DNA from: Alphaproteobacteria bacterium UBA6178
GTDB taxonomy: Bacteria > Pseudomonadota > Alphaproteobacteria > Rickettsiales > UBA3002
Reading direction: 5' to 3'
Assembly (NCBI GenBank): GCA_002422205.1
Contig: DITS01000034.1
Coordinates: forward strand, 9,522 to 73,521
Length of the DNA stretch: 64,000 nt
Below the pieces are notes generated by a model. That model was not told where the DNA came from. It did no database searches and worked only from the letters and a program-made list of their open reading frames with translations. This document shows, piece after piece, positions 11,043-20,959 of this stretch; within the stretch, counting starts at the first letter, position 1; the number at the start of each line of letters is the position of its first letter. The translations under genes and the position numbers were made by a program.

Positions 11043-12607
11043 TAAATGGGCAGGCTCACACGCCGTTTTTTACCAAACCATAATACAATAATCAGCTTGG
11101 TCAGCATCACCGCCGTAAACATCGACGATAAAATCCCGATCGACAGCGTAACCGCAAAACCCTTCACAGTGCCTGAGCCAAAGTAAAACAGAATAAACGC
11201 TGCAATCAAGGTGGTGATATTCGAATCAAGAATGGTCCCAAATGCCGTTTTAAAGCCAGACTCAATCGAAGCCACGGCATTTTTCCCATTACGCAATTCC
11301 TCACGTATCCGCTCAAAAATCAGTGTATTCGCATCCACCGCCATCCCCACCGTCAGCACAATACCGGCAATACCCGGCAATGTAAGTGTTGCCTGAAACA
11401 GCGACAACGTGCCAAGGATAATGATAATATTCATCAATAACGCCATCACCGAGAAAACACCGAAAAGGCTATAAGCCAAGATCATATAGGCCATCACCGC
11501 AATCGTCGCGATAAGCACGGCCTTTTCTCCCGCCGCAACCGAATCCGCGCCAAGATTAGGCCCAACCGAGCGCTCTTCAATGATATTGAGCGGCGCGGGC
11601 AGCGCACCAGCGCGCAACAAAATCGCCAGCTCATTCGCTGATTCGACCGTAAAGTTACCCTCGATAATGCCTTTACCCCCCAAAATCGACGACCGAATGA
11701 CCGGAGCCGTAATCACCCTGCCATCCAGCACCACCGCAAAGCGTTTGCCGACATTTGCTTGCGTAATTTCCCCAAATTTACGTGCGCCTTGCGAGTTAAA
11801 TGTAAACTCAACCACCGGCTGTCCGTCACTAAAGGATGGGTTGGCATTGGTTAGCAATTCACCGCCCAGCGCAACAGTAGCAAAAATAGCCGTACGCCCC
11901 GAATCATTAGCAGATGGCAACACGCGCGTACCCGCTGGCGCAATTCCCTGCTCAGCCTGCAGTGGCGTCACCGCCTCATTTACCAGATGAAACGTCATTT
12001 TGGCCGTTTTACCCAGCAGCTGTTTCAACTGCTCAGGATTATCCATACCGGGCACTTGCACTAAAATCCGGTCATCCCCTTGCCGCTGAATCGTCGGCTC
12101 TTTCGTGCCAGTTTCATTGATACGACGATTGATAATTTCAATGGATTGCGACAAAAGCTGCTCTTGCTTAACACGTAACGCATTCGGGTTGAAGCGCACC
12201 ACATAACTGTCACCCTCAAGCTCTTCCACTTCGAGCTGATCATCCAGCTTGCGCACGCGATCAATAACAGAGGGGCCTTCCGGTATAGTTTCAGGGCGAA
12301 TACGGAAACTAACCGCATCTTCCGTCGCCTTCAAATCCAGATACCCAATGCCGTCTTTACGTAAATAATTACGAATCTCGTCGCGCACATTCTCAAAATG
12401 CTCTTTCAGATACGCATCAAAATCAATTTGCAGCCGCAAATGCGAACCACCACGCAAATCCAGCCCTAAATTCACCCGCTCTTTGGGCATAAAGCTCGGG
12501 AACGCATCGACAGTTTGTTGCGGTAAAAGATTAGGGAGCGCAGCAGCACAAAAAAACAGGCAGACCGCTACAATCGAAAAAAGTTTCCAGCGCGGAAGCC
12601 GCAGCAT
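11042..12607 (-). CDS. secD: protein translocase subunit SecD
   Basis: 521 aa with an N-terminal TM helix, a large periplasmic domain, and the C-terminal six-TM SecD/F module (LPGIAGIVLTVGMAVDANTLIFERIREE). Confidence 0.9.
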   Translation of the reverse strand: MLRLPRWKLFSIVAVCLFFCAAALPNLLPQQTVDAFPSFMPKERVNLGLDLRGGSHLRLQIDFDAYLKEHFENVRDEIRNYLRKDGIGYLDLKATEDAVSFRIRPETIPEGPSVIDRVRKLDDQLEVEELEGDSYVVRFNPNALRVKQEQLLSQSIEIINRRINETGTKEPTIQRQGDDRILVQVPGMDNPEQLKQLLGKTAKMTFHLVNEAVTPLQAEQGIAPAGTRVLPSANDSGRTAIFATVALGGELLTNANPSFSDGQPVVEFTFNSQGARKFGEITQANVGKRFAVVLDGRVITAPVIRSSILGGKGIIEGNFTVESANELAILLRAGALPAPLNIIEERSVGPNLGADSVAAGEKAVLIATIAVMAYMILAYSLFGVFSVMALLMNIIIILGTLSLFQATLTLPGIAGIVLTVGMAVDANTLIFERIREELRNGKNAVASIESGFKTAFGTILDSNITTLIAAFILFYFGSGTVKGFAVTLSIGILSSMFTAVMLTKLIIVLWFGKKRRVSLPI

Positions 12608-12967
12608 TTAGTTGTCATTCGACGGTTTGCCTTCCGTCCCTTTGGTCAGCACATTCGACAATGTCACTTTTTCGACCTGAATCTCGACGCCTTCTGCGAT
12701 TTGCACGCTAACAGTCGTGTCTTCAACTTTGGTAACCTTGCCATGAATACCACCACCGGTAACCACCTTATCACCGCGCTTAACCGCCGTAATCATCGCC
12801 TGATGCTGCTTATATTTCTTCTGCTGAGGACGAATCAGTAAAAAGTAAAACACCACAAATATGAAAACCAGTGGAAGCACACCCGTCAAAGGTGACGGGG
12901 CAGCGCCCGTGGCACCAGCAGCTGCCTCTTGCGCATGAGCAGCAGAAATCAGTAGAGTATTAAGCAT
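12608..12967 (-). CDS. yajC: preprotein translocase subunit YajC
   Basis: 119 aa containing FYFLLIRPQQKKYKQHQAMI..KGDKVVTGGGIHGKV. Confidence 0.85.
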   Translation of the reverse strand: MLNTLLISAAHAQEAAAGATGAAPSPLTGVLPLVFIFVVFYFLLIRPQQKKYKQHQAMITAVKRGDKVVTGGGIHGKVTKVEDTTVSVQIAEGVEIQVEKVTLSNVLTKGTEGKPSNDN

Positions 12968-13020
12968 GGAGAGCCTCTTTCATTGTGCGTGAACCAGATC
13001 AAACCAACAGGAAAACCCTG

Positions 13021-13188
13021 CTATTTAAGCTTGGTTTCTTTGAAATCCACATGCTTGCGAACAACCGGATCATATTTTTTAAATGCCAGCTTTTCCGTCT
13101 GCTTACGCGGATTACGCTTTTTTACATAGAAAAAGCCGGTGTCTGCCGTGCTTTCCAGCTTCACCAGAATTACATTTTTCTTAGCCAT
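13021..13188 (-). CDS. rpmG: 50S ribosomal protein L33
   Basis: [55 protein letters not shown]. The ORF-track entry 13021..13242 carries a spurious N-terminal extension. Confidence 0.9.
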   Translation of the reverse strand: MAKKNVILVKLESTADTGFFYVKKRNPRKQTEKLAFKKYDPVVRKHVDFKETKLK

Positions 13189-13329
13189 AACTATTCCCTC
13201 AAAAGTAAGCGCGCAAGATACTGATATGGGGCTGAGTGTCAAGCTTTTTGCTCCTATTATTTTCTTGCCGCCTAACAGAATGAAGCTATGTTAGGCGCAA
13301 TCATCAAATTAATAAGGATATCTGCGGTT

Positions 13330-14217
13330 ATGACTCAACGAATTCGCAAAGCAGTATTTCCCGTCGGCGGGCTGGGCACTCGATTTCTGCCCGCAACCAA
13401 ATCCATGCCCAAAGAAATGCTCCCAATCGTCGATAAGCCATTGATTCACTACGCGTTTGATGAGGCAGTCGCCGCTGGAATTGAACAATTTATCTTTGTG
13501 ACTGGCCGTAATAAAAACGCCATTTCCAACCATTTTGACCATTCCTACGAGCTGCAGCGCATCCTGCAGGATAAGGATAAGCAACGCGAGCTGGAAATGA
13601 CCAAGGACTGGCTGCCCGATGCCGGCAATATCATCTTCACCCGCCAGATGGAGCCGCTGGGGCTGGGCCATGCCGTCTGGTGCGCCCGTCACTGGATACA
13701 AAACGAACCCTTCGCCGTCATTTTAGCTGACGATATGGTGCTGTCCAAAACCCCGTGCTTAAAACAAATGGTCGATGACTATGCCAAAGCCCCCGGCAAT
13801 ATGGCCGCCGTCATGAATGTCCCCAAAGACAAAACCAGCAGCTACGGTATTTTAGATGTCGCAAGCGATGATGGCCTCATCGTCAAAGCACAAGGTGTCG
13901 TCGAAAAACCCAAACCCGAAGACGCCCCCTCCACGCTTTCCATTATCGGACGTTATATATTACAGCCCAGTATTTTCACCCAACTCGAAAAACAAAAAAC
14001 CGGTGCTGGTGGCGAAATTCAACTCACAGACGCCATGAACGAATTAATCGGCACCACCGATTTTTATGGTTATCGCTTTGAAGGCACGCGCTATGACTGC
14101 GGCGAACAAGCCGGATTCATCGAAGCGAATGTCGCTTATGCCCTCTCCCGCCCCGAACTGGCCGACAAGGTGCGTGATAAATTAATGCCGCTGCTGAATA
14201 CCAAAGGAGCCGCCTGA
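13330..14217 (+). CDS. galU: UTP--glucose-1-phosphate uridylyltransferase
   Basis: Contains KAVFPVGGLGTRFLPATKSMPKEMLPIVDKPLI. Start placed at the MTQRIRK methionine. Confidence 0.9.
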   Translation: MTQRIRKAVFPVGGLGTRFLPATKSMPKEMLPIVDKPLIHYAFDEAVAAGIEQFIFVTGRNKNAISNHFDHSYELQRILQDKDKQRELEMTKDWLPDAGNIIFTRQMEPLGLGHAVWCARHWIQNEPFAVILADDMVLSKTPCLKQMVDDYAKAPGNMAAVMNVPKDKTSSYGILDVASDDGLIVKAQGVVEKPKPEDAPSTLSIIGRYILQPSIFTQLEKQKTGAGGEIQLTDAMNELIGTTDFYGYRFEGTRYDCGEQAGFIEANVAYALSRPELADKVRDKLMPLLNTKGAA

Positions 14218-15575
14218 TGCAAATTACCATCATCGGCGCAGGGTATGTAGGGCTGGTTTCCGGCGTATGTTTGGCCGAATTAGGCATGCATGTCACCTGT
14301 GTCGATAAAGACATCGACAAAATCCGCCGCCTGACCAAAGGCGAAGTGCCAATTTACGAACCCGGCCTCGACGCCCTCATTGCCAAAAATATGCAGGAGA
14401 ACCGCCTGCATTTCAGCATCGTCCTGTCCGAAGCGGTCAGTAATGCCGATGTGGTGCTAATCGCGGTTGGCACCCCGCCCTCGCCCAAAGATGGCAAGGC
14501 AGACCTCAGCTATGTCTATGCCTGCGCCGAAGAAATCGCACAGTCACTCACCCAAAAAACCGTCATCGTAACCAAATCCACCGTGCCAGTCGGCACCGGC
14601 CAACAAATCAAACAACGCATGACAGCGGCTAACCCCAGCGCCGAATTCACCATTGCCTCAAACCCCGAATTCCTGCGCGAAGGCTCCGCCATTGGCGATT
14701 TCATGAAACCCGATCGCATCGTCATCGGCACGCAAGACGCAGACACCGCTGCCATCATGTCTCAGCTTTATGCCCCACTAGCTGAGCAAGGCTATCGCCT
14801 ATTGCATACCGATGTCGAAACGGCGGAAATGATCAAATATGCTTCCAATAGCTTCCTCGCCACAAAAATCGCATTCATCAATGAAATGGCGGATATCTGC
14901 GAGCAAGTCGGCGCAAATGTAGAACTAGTCGCCAAAGGCATGGGCATGGATGAGCGCATCGGCGAGCGCTTCTTGCGCCCAGGCCCCGGCTTTGGCGGCT
15001 CATGCTTCCCCAAAGACGCGATGGCACTCGCCCGCCTCGCCAAAGAGCATGGCATCAAACCCAACATCGTCAACGCCGTCATCGATTATAATCTGGGCCG
15101 CCGCGAAAGTATGGTGGACCGAATCGTCACTGCCTGCGGCAGCGTGAAGGATAAAAGCATCGCCATACTCGGCCTCACCTTCAAAGCTAATACCGATGAT
15201 ATGCGTGAAAGCCCCAGCCTCTCCATCATCCCCAAACTCCATAAAATGGGCGCGCGACTTCGCTTATATGACCCTGAAGGGATGGAAAATGCCAAAAAAC
15301 ATTTTACCCAGTCCGGCATTACATGGTGTGAGTCGGTTGAAGATGCCGTCGATGCGGTCGATGCCGCCGTCATCGTCACCGAGTGGGATATCTTTCGTCA
15401 GATGGAGTTACCCACCATCCATGAGCAAATGTTCACCCCGCTGATCATCGACCTGCGAAATTTATTCATCCCCGATAGCATGGCAGAACAAGGCTTTGAT
15501 TATTATTCCATTGGCCGAAAACCGGCGCTAGGCGCACAACTTAAGCAGATGCCATCGCATGCTGCTTCCACTTGA
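14217..15575 (+). CDS. ugd: UDP-glucose 6-dehydrogenase
   Basis: 452 aa with IIGAGYVGLVSG and GFGGSCFPKD. There is an ATGA-type junction with galU. Confidence 0.9.
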   Translation: MQITIIGAGYVGLVSGVCLAELGMHVTCVDKDIDKIRRLTKGEVPIYEPGLDALIAKNMQENRLHFSIVLSEAVSNADVVLIAVGTPPSPKDGKADLSYVYACAEEIAQSLTQKTVIVTKSTVPVGTGQQIKQRMTAANPSAEFTIASNPEFLREGSAIGDFMKPDRIVIGTQDADTAAIMSQLYAPLAEQGYRLLHTDVETAEMIKYASNSFLATKIAFINEMADICEQVGANVELVAKGMGMDERIGERFLRPGPGFGGSCFPKDAMALARLAKEHGIKPNIVNAVIDYNLGRRESMVDRIVTACGSVKDKSIAILGLTFKANTDDMRESPSLSIIPKLHKMGARLRLYDPEGMENAKKHFTQSGITWCESVEDAVDAVDAAVIVTEWDIFRQMELPTIHEQMFTPLIIDLRNLFIPDSMAEQGFDYYSIGRKPALGAQLKQMPSHAAST

Positions 15576-16110
15576 TCGAGCAGCCAACGCTGGGGTTTTG
15601 CGGCTGCTGAGTAGACCCATCCAATGCAATATCGCGCATCGCATTGAGCAACTCCGGCTTCGGCGCGCTAATCACCTGCGACCACGACTCATCCAGCCGC
15701 CCGCGATATTGCAGCGTCAGCGACTTATTGAACCCGAAAAAGTCCGGCGTGCACACCGCGCTATAGGCACGCGCCACACCTTGCGACTCGTCATATAAAT
15801 AAGGAAAAGGAAAGCCCTTCTCCTGCGATAGTTTTTGCATATTCTCGAATGAATCATCCGGATACGCATCTGCATCATTGGCATTAATCGCAACCATGCC
15901 AATATCCAGCGCCTTCAGCTCATCCGCTAGTGCAATCATACGATCAAGCTGCTTTTGCACATAAGGGCAATGGTTGCAAATAAAGGCAATCAATAATCCG
16001 TTCTTGCCTGCTAATTGTTTGAGAGAATATGTTTTTCCGTCCGTTGCCGGTAAGGTAAAGTCGGGCGCGCTCCAGCCAATCAGTGCGCGCGGTGTTTCTA
16101 ATGCAGCCAT
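15541..16110 (-). CDS. thioredoxin-fold (AhpC/TSA-like) thiol oxidoreductase
   Basis: 189 aa with the CxxC motif in FICNHCPYV. The 3' end overlaps ugd convergently by 35 nt. Confidence 0.6.
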   Translation of the reverse strand: MAALETPRALIGWSAPDFTLPATDGKTYSLKQLAGKNGLLIAFICNHCPYVQKQLDRMIALADELKALDIGMVAINANDADAYPDDSFENMQKLSQEKGFPFPYLYDESQGVARAYSAVCTPDFFGFNKSLTLQYRGRLDESWSQVISAPKPELLNAMRDIALDGSTQQPQNPSVGCSIKWKQHAMASA

Positions 16111-16149
16111 AGCTTATCTCCTTCTTATTTTTCAGAATGATAATAACTA

Positions 16150-17040
16150 TTAATCAGGGCCGCAAGGATTCATTTTACCAATAGAATGCAGCCAGCGCAG
16201 CCCGATCACCGCACTCATTACCGTAATTGCAAACATTAACAAAGAGATAACCACCCCAAGCTCGCCATCCACCGAATTGCCGCTAATATGCGAAATCCAC
16301 TGCGCACCATAAAAAAACGTCAGTTCACGAATACCTAAGCCACCAATCGTAATCGGAATCATCCCCGCAATCGCCGCCAGCTGAAATAATAAAATATACT
16401 CTGCCAAATAGCCGTCTTGTGTCAAATTGGCCCATAATAACGTCATACACAGCACATTCAGCCCCTGCACTCCCACCGAATAAGGCAGCGCACTCCACTC
16501 AATCCGCGCAATATCCTTGAGTAATAAGCGCGACGCCACCACATAGCCTGCAACCGTCACCACTACTAATCCCACAACCAACAACAAAACCTGCGGGCGC
16601 GACAACGGCAAATCAATAAAGGGCAGCATCGCATAAGCCGATAACAGCAACACCAGCAAACCATTACCACGCGTTGCCAACTGAATGCGCACCCCTTCAC
16701 CAACCGGATAATCCTTCTGTCGCTTGAGCAGGTAAATTTTATACGCATCCCCGCCAATACCGCCTGGCAGCAAAATATTATACACCAGCCCCACATAATA
16801 CAGCTGCACATTATACCACCAGTGCAACGGCTTGCCCACTTTACGATAATACAAATTCATCCGCGCGGCACTCAAACATTGCGCTACCGTAAATAAGGCA
16901 AATACCAGCAACAAAATAACCAGCGGAATATTCTGGGCATAACCAACAATGGCGTGCCAATCAGCCTGCCGTAGCACAAAATATAAAATCAACAGCGCGA
17001 TGGGATATTTGGCAACTGCAATCCATTTTTTCTTAATCAT
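16150..17040 (-). CDS. flippase-like polytopic membrane protein (LPG-synthase TM-region type)
   Basis: Multi-TM ORF containing LPGGIGGDAYK. The ATG at 17040 is preferred over the TTG at 17067 used by the ORF track. Confidence 0.5.
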   Translation of the reverse strand: MIKKKWIAVAKYPIALLILYFVLRQADWHAIVGYAQNIPLVILLLVFALFTVAQCLSAARMNLYYRKVGKPLHWWYNVQLYYVGLVYNILLPGGIGGDAYKIYLLKRQKDYPVGEGVRIQLATRGNGLLVLLLSAYAMLPFIDLPLSRPQVLLLVVGLVVVTVAGYVVASRLLLKDIARIEWSALPYSVGVQGLNVLCMTLLWANLTQDGYLAEYILLFQLAAIAGMIPITIGGLGIRELTFFYGAQWISHISGNSVDGELGVVISLLMFAITVMSAVIGLRWLHSIGKMNPCGPD

Positions 17041-18469
17041 GTCGTCCCACTTGCTTAAACATTTCAATCGCTACCGCCTTCTCGCGCTGATGCTCCACAA
17101 TCGGCGCCGGATAGCCCGCATCACCAAACAAATCCTGCTTCGGCGCATGAAGTGCCTTATCACATAAATGCCGCAACTCCGGCACATACCGCCGAATATA
17201 ATCACCCGAAGGATCAAACCGCTCGCTTTGCAATTGCGGATTAAAAATACGGAAATAAGGCTGCGCATCGGTACCCACACTCGCCGCCCATTGCCAGCCT
17301 CCATTATTCGACGCCAGCTCATAATCCATCAAATACTGCGCAAAATGTGCTTCGCCCAGCCGCCAGTCCAAATGCAAATCTTTGGTCATAAAACTCGCCA
17401 CCACCATCCGCGCGCGGTTATGCATCCAGCCCGTCTCCAGCAATTGTCGCATCGCCGCATCGACAATCGGATAACCCGTCCGCCCCATACAAAACGCTTC
17501 AAAAAGCTTATCATCCTTATGCCAGCCCAACCCGCGATATTGCGGCTGAAACTCCATATTTACCACCTCAGGGTAATGATACAAAATCATCGCATAAAAC
17601 TCGCGCCAGATCAGTTCATTCAGCCAGCTATCGCTCCCCTTGCAAGGGGTTTGCGCCGCCAGCCGTGCACATTCCCGCACCGATACTAATCCAAATCGCA
17701 AATAAGGTGACAACTGGCTCGTACCTTCACGCGCCATAAAATCGCGCTGTTCCTTATAATCCGCCAACCGCATATCCATAAAATCCAGCAGGCGCTGTCG
17801 TGCCCCGTCCACTGGCCATGCGTCAAGCGGCACTGCCTCATATCCCACCGTGCGCAACATGGCCTCCACGCCTTGCGACGGGTCAATGCACTGCGCAGAC
17901 ATTGCAGCACACACAGCACCATAATCCGCCAGCCTGCCATCCAGCGTCACCACCTTCTCATCATACGAATCAGCCGTAAGCGCCGCTCGCCAAGCCTTGG
18001 CATAAGGAGTAAATACCCGATAGGCTGACCCATCCGGCTTAACCACCGCCTGTGGGTGATGAATCAAATGATCAACTACCCGCGTTAAGGGCACCCGCGC
18101 AGCCACCGCCTCATCCCGCTTGATTGTCTCCGGTTCAAAATCTTCCGCCACAAACAATCGTTGCGCGTTAATTTCTGCCATTAATCGCGGCATAATCTCC
18201 GCTGCACGCCCATGCAAAACCAACAGCCCTCCACCTTTAGTCCGCAACTCAGCATGAATGCTACACAGCGCATGCGCAATAAAGCTCAGCCGTCTGTCGC
18301 GCGGATTATCAAATCGCGCGAGAATATCTGTGTCAAAAATAAAAACCGGCTGCACCTCGCCACCCGCATCCAACGCAGCCTGCAGCGCCGCATGGTCATA
18401 CAGGCGCAAATCCCGTCGCAACCACACCAAAGAAAGAGGTTTAATTCTATCCGCATTTTTGTTAGCCAT
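17033..18469 (-). CDS. phrB: deoxyribodipyrimidine photolyase
   Basis: LVWLRRDLRLYDHAAL at the N-terminus and TGYPIVDAAMRQL..GWMHNRARMVVASF...GGWQW in the FAD domain. Start set at MANKNAD; the ORF track extends to 18568. Confidence 0.85.
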   Translation of the reverse strand: MANKNADRIKPLSLVWLRRDLRLYDHAALQAALDAGGEVQPVFIFDTDILARFDNPRDRRLSFIAHALCSIHAELRTKGGGLLVLHGRAAEIMPRLMAEINAQRLFVAEDFEPETIKRDEAVAARVPLTRVVDHLIHHPQAVVKPDGSAYRVFTPYAKAWRAALTADSYDEKVVTLDGRLADYGAVCAAMSAQCIDPSQGVEAMLRTVGYEAVPLDAWPVDGARQRLLDFMDMRLADYKEQRDFMAREGTSQLSPYLRFGLVSVRECARLAAQTPCKGSDSWLNELIWREFYAMILYHYPEVVNMEFQPQYRGLGWHKDDKLFEAFCMGRTGYPIVDAAMRQLLETGWMHNRARMVVASFMTKDLHLDWRLGEAHFAQYLMDYELASNNGGWQWAASVGTDAQPYFRIFNPQLQSERFDPSGDYIRRYVPELRHLCDKALHAPKQDLFGDAGYPAPIVEHQREKAVAIEMFKQVGRHD

Positions 18470-18493
18470 AGAGCCAGATTGTAAGGACATAAT

Positions 18494-19357
18494 ATGGATA
18501 AGCAAAGCGCTGAATGGCTGGAACGCATCGCCAACGCACTCGAAAGACTCGCCCCACCAGCCCCACAACCCGTGGATCTGGAAAGCGCCGACGCCTTCGT
18601 ATGGGACGGTATGCAGTTAAACCCCATCCAGCATGTCAGCCATGTCAGCTTGCAGCTATTGCAAGGCATCGATTATGTGCGCGATATTTTACTGCGCAAC
18701 ACCGAGCAATTCGCCGAAGGCCGCACTGCCAACAACTGCTTGCTCTGGGGCGCACGCGGCATGGGCAAAAGCTCGCTCGTCAAAGCCATCCACGCCGATA
18801 TCAACGCACGCACGCCGCACGCATTGGCGCTGGTCGAAATACACCGCGAAGATTTACCAACCCTAAGCGCCTTGCTCACGCTGCTACGAAACGCAAAACG
18901 CCTGTTTATTTTATTTTGCGATGATCTCTCATTCGACGGCAACGACGCCAGCTACAAATCACTCAAAACACTACTCGATGGTGGCATCGAAGGCCGCCCC
19001 GCCAATGTGTTGTTTTATGCCACCTCCAACCGACGCCACCTCATGCCGCGTGATATGGTCGAAAATGAACAATCCACCGCCATCCATCCCGCCGAGGCCA
19101 TTGAAGAAAAAGTATCCCTGTCTGATCGCTTCGGCCTGTGGCTGGGCTTTCACAGCAGCACACAAAGCATCTATCTCAGCATGGTGGAGCATTATATCGA
19201 CGCGATGGGGCTAGAAGTATCGCGCGCCGAATGGGAACCGCAAGCGCTGGAATGGGCACAAGCACGCGGCAGCCGCTCGGGCCGCGTCGCATGGCAATTC
19301 ATACAAGATTTAAACGGTCGGCTCGGCTCAATGACTCGAAGCGAAGCGGCGTGGTAA
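18494..19357 (+). CDS. DUF815-family AAA ATPase
   Basis: 287 aa with the Walker A motif LLWGARGMGKSSLVKA and the DUF815-type N-terminus (LERIANALERLAP). Confidence 0.7.
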   Translation: MDKQSAEWLERIANALERLAPPAPQPVDLESADAFVWDGMQLNPIQHVSHVSLQLLQGIDYVRDILLRNTEQFAEGRTANNCLLWGARGMGKSSLVKAIHADINARTPHALALVEIHREDLPTLSALLTLLRNAKRLFILFCDDLSFDGNDASYKSLKTLLDGGIEGRPANVLFYATSNRRHLMPRDMVENEQSTAIHPAEAIEEKVSLSDRFGLWLGFHSSTQSIYLSMVEHYIDAMGLEVSRAEWEPQALEWAQARGSRSGRVAWQFIQDLNGRLGSMTRSEAAW

Positions 19358-20221
19358 TAGCTCTTCAGGGTTCACCGCTTTTTTGCCCTCACGGATACCA
19401 AAATGCAGTTGCGGTTCGCTCACATTGCCCGTTGCACCCACATACCCAATCAAGTCGCCCTGCCCAACCTTATCACCTTTTTTAACAATCATATCGCTCG
19501 CATGCGCATAAGCCGTCATCCAGTTGTTTTCATGGCGAATAATGACCATATTGCCATAGCCTTTCAGTTCATTACCGGCATAGACCACTTCGCCCTTTGC
19601 CGCCGACCAGATCGGCTCACCTTCCGATGCTTCAATATTAATACCGTCATTCACTAGCCCGTTGCGCTTCACACCAAAACCAGAAATAATCTTGCCCTCA
19701 GCCGGCCAGATAAAATTGCTGCTACGCGTATTAATCGAATCCAGCGCAGGCGGCGCTTTATCCGCCACCACCTTTGCTGCCACATTCTCCTCATTTACTT
19801 CATCCATGGCTACCAACGGTGCCAACGCATCCGGCTGCAAATCCATAGCCACCGGTTCCAATGCGCTGTAAGACGCAGCAGCCGGAGTGGCGCTCAGCAT
19901 CGCCATTTGTGGCTCTGATTCCGGTAATTCACTCACACTAACAGGCATAGGCGGGGGCAAATCCTCTGCCGCCACTTCAACCGCAGGCACCGCCGCAGCT
20001 AAACCATACTGATGCGTATCACTTTGATATTTTGAGGCGATCTGATCATCCTGCTCCGCACGGAAACTATCGGAATAACGCGGCACTTCCTGCATCCCCA
20101 CATAGGTTGCGTCGCGGCCAAAAAACACATTGCCTTTATTGACCACATCCGCCGCATTTTGCTGCGCGCACGCGCACAAGGCAAGCAAAGGCATCCCAAT
20201 CATCATGGTGCGAGTAATCAT
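19328..20221 (-). CDS. M23 (LytM) peptidase lipoprotein, NlpD-like
   Basis: Signal/lipobox MMIGMPLLALCAC. The C-terminal M23 domain has HENNWMTAYAHAS and GYVGATGNVSEPQLHFGIR. GGAGGA lies 5 nt before the ATG at 20221. Confidence 0.8.
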   Translation of the reverse strand: MITRTMMIGMPLLALCACAQQNAADVVNKGNVFFGRDATYVGMQEVPRYSDSFRAEQDDQIASKYQSDTHQYGLAAAVPAVEVAAEDLPPPMPVSVSELPESEPQMAMLSATPAAASYSALEPVAMDLQPDALAPLVAMDEVNEENVAAKVVADKAPPALDSINTRSSNFIWPAEGKIISGFGVKRNGLVNDGINIEASEGEPIWSAAKGEVVYAGNELKGYGNMVIIRHENNWMTAYAHASDMIVKKGDKVGQGDLIGYVGATGNVSEPQLHFGIREGKKAVNPEELLPRRFASSH

Positions 20222-20305
20222 AGCATCCTCCGTCTGAGCGTCGGTTATTGTTGCCCCACTATAACCCATTTTTATTGTGGATAAAATAAAAATGATAAAA
20301 GCAAT

Positions 20306-20959
20306 TCAATCTTTTAATTCTTTTTCCTCAACCAAAGGTACGAACCGCACATCACTCAAGGGCGTCTTCACAAATGTCTCTCCTTCGCGCGTAATCCGAA
20401 ACAACTTCTGCACTCCCCCTTCCGCTCCAAGCGGCACCACCATAATCCCATCAGGTGCTAATTGCTCCAGCAACTTATCCGGCAAGCTCGCCGCCGCTGC
20501 CGTCACCATAATCCGGTCATACGGCGCAGCACGCGACCAGCCCTTACTCCCATCACCCAGATGCGTGGTAATATTGCGCAAACCCATTGCCTCAAATCGC
20601 GCGCATGCGGTTTTATACAACCCCTCATGCCGCTCAATCGTATGCACCCGCCGCGCCAGCTTGGCCAGTATCGCCGCCTGATAACCCGACCCCGTGCCAA
20701 TCTCCAGCACTGTATGGCGGTCATTCACCTGCAATTCACTGGTCATAATCGCCACAATCGTCGGCTGGCTGATCGTTTGATCATTCGCAATCGGCAATGG
20801 TCGGTCAGCATAGGCCTGATCAATAAAGGCATCACTCACAAACGCCTCACGCGGCACCGCTTCAATCGCCCCCAGCACCCGCGTATCCGTCACACCGTTG
20901 CGCCGCAACTGCATTACCAGTCGTATTTTATCTGCCTGTAATGCTGCATGCTCTATCAT
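20306..20959 (-). CDS. pcm: protein-L-isoaspartate O-methyltransferase
   Basis: 217 aa with QTISQP and VLEIGTGSGYQAAILA. Confidence 0.9.
   Translation of the reverse strand: MIEHAALQADKIRLVMQLRRNGVTDTRVLGAIEAVPREAFVSDAFIDQAYADRPLPIANDQTISQPTIVAIMTSELQVNDRHTVLEIGTGSGYQAAILAKLARRVHTIERHEGLYKTACARFEAMGLRNITTHLGDGSKGWSRAAPYDRIMVTAAAASLPDKLLEQLAPDGIMVVPLGAEGGVQKLFRITREGETFVKTPLSDVRFVPLVEEKELKD

Noticed and set aside
13269-13297. A 9-bp hairpin (cgcctaaca / tgttaggcg) in the galU leader as a regulatory RNA.
   Set aside because: It is an isolated stem-loop with no flanking conserved motif or U-tract. It also partly overlaps the spurious upstream extension of the galU ORF. The evidence is insufficient.
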